Both the position numbers and the translations under genes were made by a program. A DNA stretch of 64,000 bases, from contig OZ249436.1 of assembly GCA_965235115.1 (NCBI GenBank), forward strand, positions 57,846,001-57,910,000. The letters run 5' to 3'. Origin of the DNA: Laetmonice hystrix. Its lineage: Eukaryota. The notes below the pieces were generated by a model. It did no database searches. It saw only the letters and a program-made list of their open reading frames with translations, and had not been told where the DNA came from. Positions 58,901 through 64,000 of this stretch are shown here, piece by piece. Position 1 is the stretch's first letter, and every line of letters begins with the position of its first letter.

Positions 58901-60754
58901 AAATTGTTTAACTGAATGCGGAATCGTCAACGCATTACAAAATGTCATGAAGGGATATTTTGACATTCTCTTTGATAACCATCTTTTTTTATCTGTCTTT
59001 TCCATTCAATATTTCTCCCCCTTGAACGACTTGCCTAACAGAAAAGCTCCACCCTCCACCCAACAAACAATATGGCAGTGCCCACATTGCGGATGAATAT
59101 TATGTGCCTTGGGTGTGCCTTTCGGTTTTTTAAATTCCCGTTTTTTTGTGAGAAAAATGCGAATTTCCTCAATGAAAAGCGGAATCCAACGCATTGATAA
59201 ATTAAATAGGATTTTCTTTGGTCTTGACCCTGGGTTCATACTGGTTATTCTGCCCTGGTCTGAGAATAATGCTCCAAATGGAACAATAAATAGGACCACG
59301 GGTGCCAGAGTCGTGTGCAGGTCAACATTTTCGTGTCGTGTGCAGGCCAACATTTTAAACTCTGTTAAACGGTAGGTTACCCATGATATAACATGGCTCA
59401 TGGTGGCAAGAAATGGATATCTATAACTAGCGATCTAACCCTAAACTTGAGGCTACCTTTGACCTCGGTATGCCCAGCCTTCCGCAATAACTTATGCCTA
59501 TTTCTAGTCCTGTCCCTATACTAATCCCTGCTTCCATTGACGTAAGAATATAGAAAAATAGCCCATTGAACACATATTTCACATATCTCACTGAAGCGGC
59601 CAAGCCGACTCTCACATGTTGTGTTATTATGGTGTATAAAATGGTCATTATGGTGATGCGGTCAGGTTGCATTCCGATATGGAATTACCACTTAGGCTGA
59701 CCCTATGACCGCGGCTATAGTATAGTGCCAGAGGTTTACGTATAACCCGGTAGAGGTCTCGTCAGTGACACAATCTCTGGACATAAAGTGCGACTTAACT
59801 CCGCGTGGAGGGGCGATTGCTCGAACAAGTCATTGGTGGTGTGCATGAAATGAATATGAAATAGAAAGATGACTCAAAGGATATACTTTGTAACCGTGCT
59901 GGTTGAGTAGGAAAGGGGTTAAGTGGGGTCAAGGGATCGAGTGGGTTTTTTTTTCAGATTCCTGGACGGAGGAATTTGAAAATGGGGGAGGAATCTGAAA
60001 ACATTTATAAATCCCGCTTCACGCGTAGACAATGTGAATGTACAAGTCATTTTCAAAGTGCAGGTTCCATAGGCGTTCACGTGTCACTCTTCACCCTCAC
60101 GAGTCACGCGTAAATCAATGAACCGTTTTCTCTGACGTGAAACGTCAACCTATGGTAAGCATCTAGCTCCCCAAAATGTGTCGGGTCGGAGCGGTAAGCG
60201 AACATTTGACACTTTTCTGACATGTGATTTCAGAAACGATACATTGCCTTTAACCCGAAACCTAACCTTAATGCTCTGATTGGTAAATAAACTAGGGACT
60301 TATCTATCTCAGCCCACCACTAGACACGCTGGGAGAAAACACTCTCTTCTTGAAGGAGAGACCAACAGAACTCTCTCATCTTCGAAGAAGAGAACATGCA
60401 TGCGTATCGGGTCCAGCTAGCATATTTAAAAGGCTGACTGTGGGACCTTTCGAAAGTTAATTTCTGTTCCACATCTCTTGTTCACTGCCAAGAACGTTTT
60501 GATAATAGAGAAAGTTGAAAAGTAGTTTCTTGTACTTGCTTCCGGCCACGCTCCATACAAGGAGCCTCGAACCACAAATAGATTTCTACCTGCTATGGCC
60601 ACCCAATGCCTATTTCTTTATTCTACGGGATCATGTCCATATAGTACTATAGTCAGGACAACAAATTATTTTAGACCCATATTTATTTACATGTTTTTCG
60701 CACAGTAATGGCCCTGCTATACCCGACACTCGATCACTTCCCCACACCCGTTTT

Positions 60755-60953
60755 CAGGGCCGTATCCTGCCAAGTGGCCGGGGGGGGGGGGGGGTCACAA
60801 TGTCTGCGACCGCATCAGCACCCTTAGTGTGGCTCCAATATAGGTTAAATATTTTTTTAAAAAGTCTATAATTTATTTTTAAGGCTGGATCCGGCAAGGG
60901 GGGGGTACAGACACCCTGTACCCCCCCCCCCCCCATCCCAGGATACGGCCCTG
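60755..60953. mobile_element. MITE, 199 bp
   Basis: Perfect 15-bp TIR cagggccgtatcctg / caggatacggccctg; CGTTTT directly on both flanks. Confidence 0.85.
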
Positions 60954-61690
60954 CGTTTTCACCCAATTTTTCGCCTTGAACTTATCATCCCCTGACGGGG
61001 ATCTGTTTACGCATCACCTGAATAGTAGATCTGTATACGCATCGACAGTAAAAGGGTGCGGGCTGGTTTTGTCGTCAGTCCGTGACGTACCGCTGTCACA
61101 TGGCAGCCTCTGACATTCCATACAAGAACTCGATGGAGGTCGAAAACTCAGCTAGAGAAACGTCTTAACGTTATAGGCCTATAGATCTAATTTAAAAAAA
61201 AGAAAACCTCGTGCAAAAAAACGTGTTGAAGCCACCTTCTTAAAATCGTGAACATTTCAAGTCCTGATGTGGAGGTAGTCCTCTCCACCACGCCCATCTA
61301 TCAGTAAATGCGGGTGTTGGGACTGCAAGTTAAAAATTGGCTTTGGGTACCAGCTGACCCCGAACCTATGGTTGGTCTGGGTATAAGGGCTAAAATTACC
61401 TTGCGCTGGTTTTGGGTATGGGTTGAACCTGGACGGGGTTAGGCGCGACGTGACACAGAACTCAACCCAACCATAGCGTTTGACATAAACTGGGCAAAGC
61501 TACCAGAAACATCTCTCATCAGTTGATTTACATGTTAGGTTTATATGTGAGAGGACTATGGACTCTAGGTCTATGGTATAATTAAATACATCAGAGAATA
61601 AGTTTTATATATGATACAAGTTATCCTGAATAGTTCTACAGGATGTATATTTTAAAAAAGTATAGTACACTCAGAAAAATGAAAAAGAAA

Positions 61691-62070
61691 AAAATTCAAG
61701 GTTTCAAACAGGATCAGAAACCATAAGAGGCAAATAGCATGTGCTAGGTTTACTACCTTGGAATAGAAAAACTCTTACTCCTCCATATGACCGCCATTTA
61801 TTTACATACAGCTTTGCACCCTCTTCAGCATATCCTTCGACGCGGCTATAGGCTTGCTTCGGCCACAACGCCACCTGTCAGAACCCTACGAAGTGTTCCA
61901 GCTGCCAGCGTGATCATCCGGCCGCATCGGAGGATCTGCTGAGGATGGTGCAAAGCTGTATATGTAAAGACATAAGGAGGACTTAGAGTTTTCCAAGGAA
62001 TAGGTAGTAAACCTAGCACATGTTAAATTTGCCTCATGGTCTCTGGTCCTGTTTGAAACCTTGCATTTTT
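61691..62070. mobile_element. Fold-back / MITE with about 140-bp imperfect inverted arms
   Basis: 61691-61835 is the reverse complement of 61932-62070 with scattered mismatches and indels (caaggtttcaaacagga, catgtgctaggtttactacct, tacagctttgcacc). Confidence 0.8.
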
Positions 62071-62923
62071 GTGCGCCAGTTAATTTTAAAAGCAACGGTT
62101 CAGAGTTAACTCGTAAGAAACGTCCGAATTATATATAAACTGATCTCAATGAGCTCCAAATATGAAAATAAAATCATTGGCCTCATTGTTGTCAATACAA
62201 ATGTAAATTTATGCAAAGTGAAACATAATAATTCGAAAAGGTTGCTTAATAGAGCCAGTAATCGTGAATAGGCCTATACGTACTTTGCGGTCAATGCCCG
62301 ATCATGAACTCTGTCGTCTGTGAACCCCCCACCCCCACCCCCACCCCGACCCCCACCCCCACCCCAACCCTAACACCAACAACCAATCCCATGCCCACCA
62401 CCATCCGAACACGGCGCACCGCCCACCCCTCTCAATGTCGCCGTTCATAAGTTCAGGAGCATAGATGCATCACCCAAGGTTGGGCAGGATCCAACGGTTG
62501 AGTGAATGCCACAAACAGTTTCAATACGGAACTGAGCAGGTGGGACAGAAGTTGTTGTTCGACTGGTGACCGAGTAATACGACAGGCACGGTGACACACC
62601 GGTCCCTCGTCCATCCCACTCTGTGGATCCGACCACTCGCGTCAACATCGCACCTCCAGGTTATAGGTAAGTCTATTTGGGATCACTTTAAAAGGAACTC
62701 GGATCTGTTTTGGTCTTGTTTATTGACGATTTTTAACAGCACCCTTACAAGACTTTGGTACTGCAGTGATATCGGAAGCTTTGGTGGTGGAGGGGGGGGG
62801 GGCTGTTCCCTGTTACAAACATTTAGGTTGTGTGCGCGGCAGGTAAGATGGGCAGACCTCGGCCCTCTCGTCCACTGATGGTGGAGGAGGGCAAAACATT
62901 TGGTGGTGGTGGTGGTGGTGGTG

Positions 62924-63297
62924 CCCAGATAGCACCGCGTTGTCGGGCCGATGGCGGTTCTCAGCGGCAACAAACTGAGCTGTCGGGCCAACGTCGGCCC
63001 ACGGTCGGCGCCAGTGTGACACCCAGTGTCGGGCTGATGGCGGCTCTCAGCGGCAACAAACTGCTGTCGGGCCAACGTCGGCCCACGGTCGGCGCACATG
63101 TAGACACCCAGTGGCGGGCCGATGGCGGGCCGGTGGCGGCTCTCAGCGGCAGCAAACTGCTGTCGGGCCAACGTCGGCCCACGGACGGCGCACATGTAGA
63201 CACCCAGTGTCGGGCCGATGGCGGACCGATGGCGGCTCTCAGCGGCAGCAAACTGCTGTCGGGCCAACGTCGGCCCACGGTCGACGCACAGCCTGGG
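62924..63297. repeat. GC-rich tandem array of 84-96 bp palindromic units bounded by CCCAG...CTGGG
   Basis: Near-palindrome gggccaacgtcggccc at 62985, 63069, 63165 and 63261. Confidence 0.85.
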
Positions 63298-64000
63298 ACA
63301 TTCGGGATTCCCTCGGGCATATGACGTCATATCTGCATACCCTCGGGTGAAATGGGCGCCATTGGCAACCAGATACATGGCGAAATCGACCTGTGTAGCG
63401 AGGCACTGAGTGAACCGTCATATCCCATCGAGCCAGAAAGTAGTGCATTATTGAAACCTGCTTCTTGGCATCGTATGTGCAAATATATATATTTTGTGGT
63501 ATGAAGGGGAACGTTTGAACTGAATAAATCAATTACCTACTTTACCTAAATGGGCGTGATACGGTAATTTATTAAATTATGGGAAGCAATATGGCCGCGC
63601 CCATGAACGACGGCACCACGACAGATGGTACGATTATTTGTATCATGAACATGATACTCTCGTAATATTCCCCACTGACTATGGGGAAAACACTGGAGGC
63701 CTATTCTAGTTGCTTCCATGCCTGATGCAGGCAAAATACTGCAAGCACTGCCATGCTGGCGAGAGTCCCAGCTAAATGTACCCGAGGTGCAATGCTCAAA
63801 ATGGCGCCTATTTCACCCGAGGCTACTTTCGAAGATATGGCTGAGGATTCCCGAATGAGCCTGGGATTTCAACCGGAAGTAACCGTGGAAGCCGCCGTTA
63901 CAGTCGCCATCTTGAACGATCTAAACCATGTAAACATTGTGCATATGTGCATTGCACGTTGCAGCATATTGGCCGTTTAGTGTCGCGGGTACGCTCTTTT

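Noticed and set aside
58709-59401. Two adjacent minus-strand ORFs, faintly transposase-like
   Set aside because: No convincing DDE or Helitron Rep motif could be aligned by eye.
62683-63378. 231-aa minus-strand ORF and overlapping 164-aa plus-strand ORF
   Set aside because: Produced by a GC-rich tandem repeat whose unit lengths are multiples of three.

Overview
Eukaryotic (invertebrate animal) genomic DNA. Positions 824-52112 hold the 3' part of one plus-strand, multi-exon gene for a T-type (Cav3, CACNA1G/H/I-like) voltage-gated calcium channel alpha-1 subunit. I traced 27 phase-compatible GT-AG exons by hand. They run from the end of the I-II linker through repeats II, III and IV to the stop codon, about 1870 codons in all. 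The 5' part with repeat I lies upstream of the window. The visible pore residues are E (TQEDW), D (SKDGW) and D (TGDNW), matching the Cav3 EEDD filter. The most interesting content is splicing-related: a mutually exclusive pair of domain II turret exons (12a/12b type, with an unusual cysteine pattern in the long exon), a minisatellite made of copies of a real 3' splice site, an alternative III-IV linker donor followed by an array of UGCAUG motifs, charged cassette-like II-III linker exons, and a candidate alternative C-terminal exon. Introns and the 3' flank carry several MITE/fold-back elements and tandem repeats. The lineage is not proven. Vertebrate-like exon sizes together with invertebrate-type exon 12a/12b suggest an invertebrate deuterostome such as an echinoderm (inference). 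I found no rRNA, tRNA or CRISPR array.
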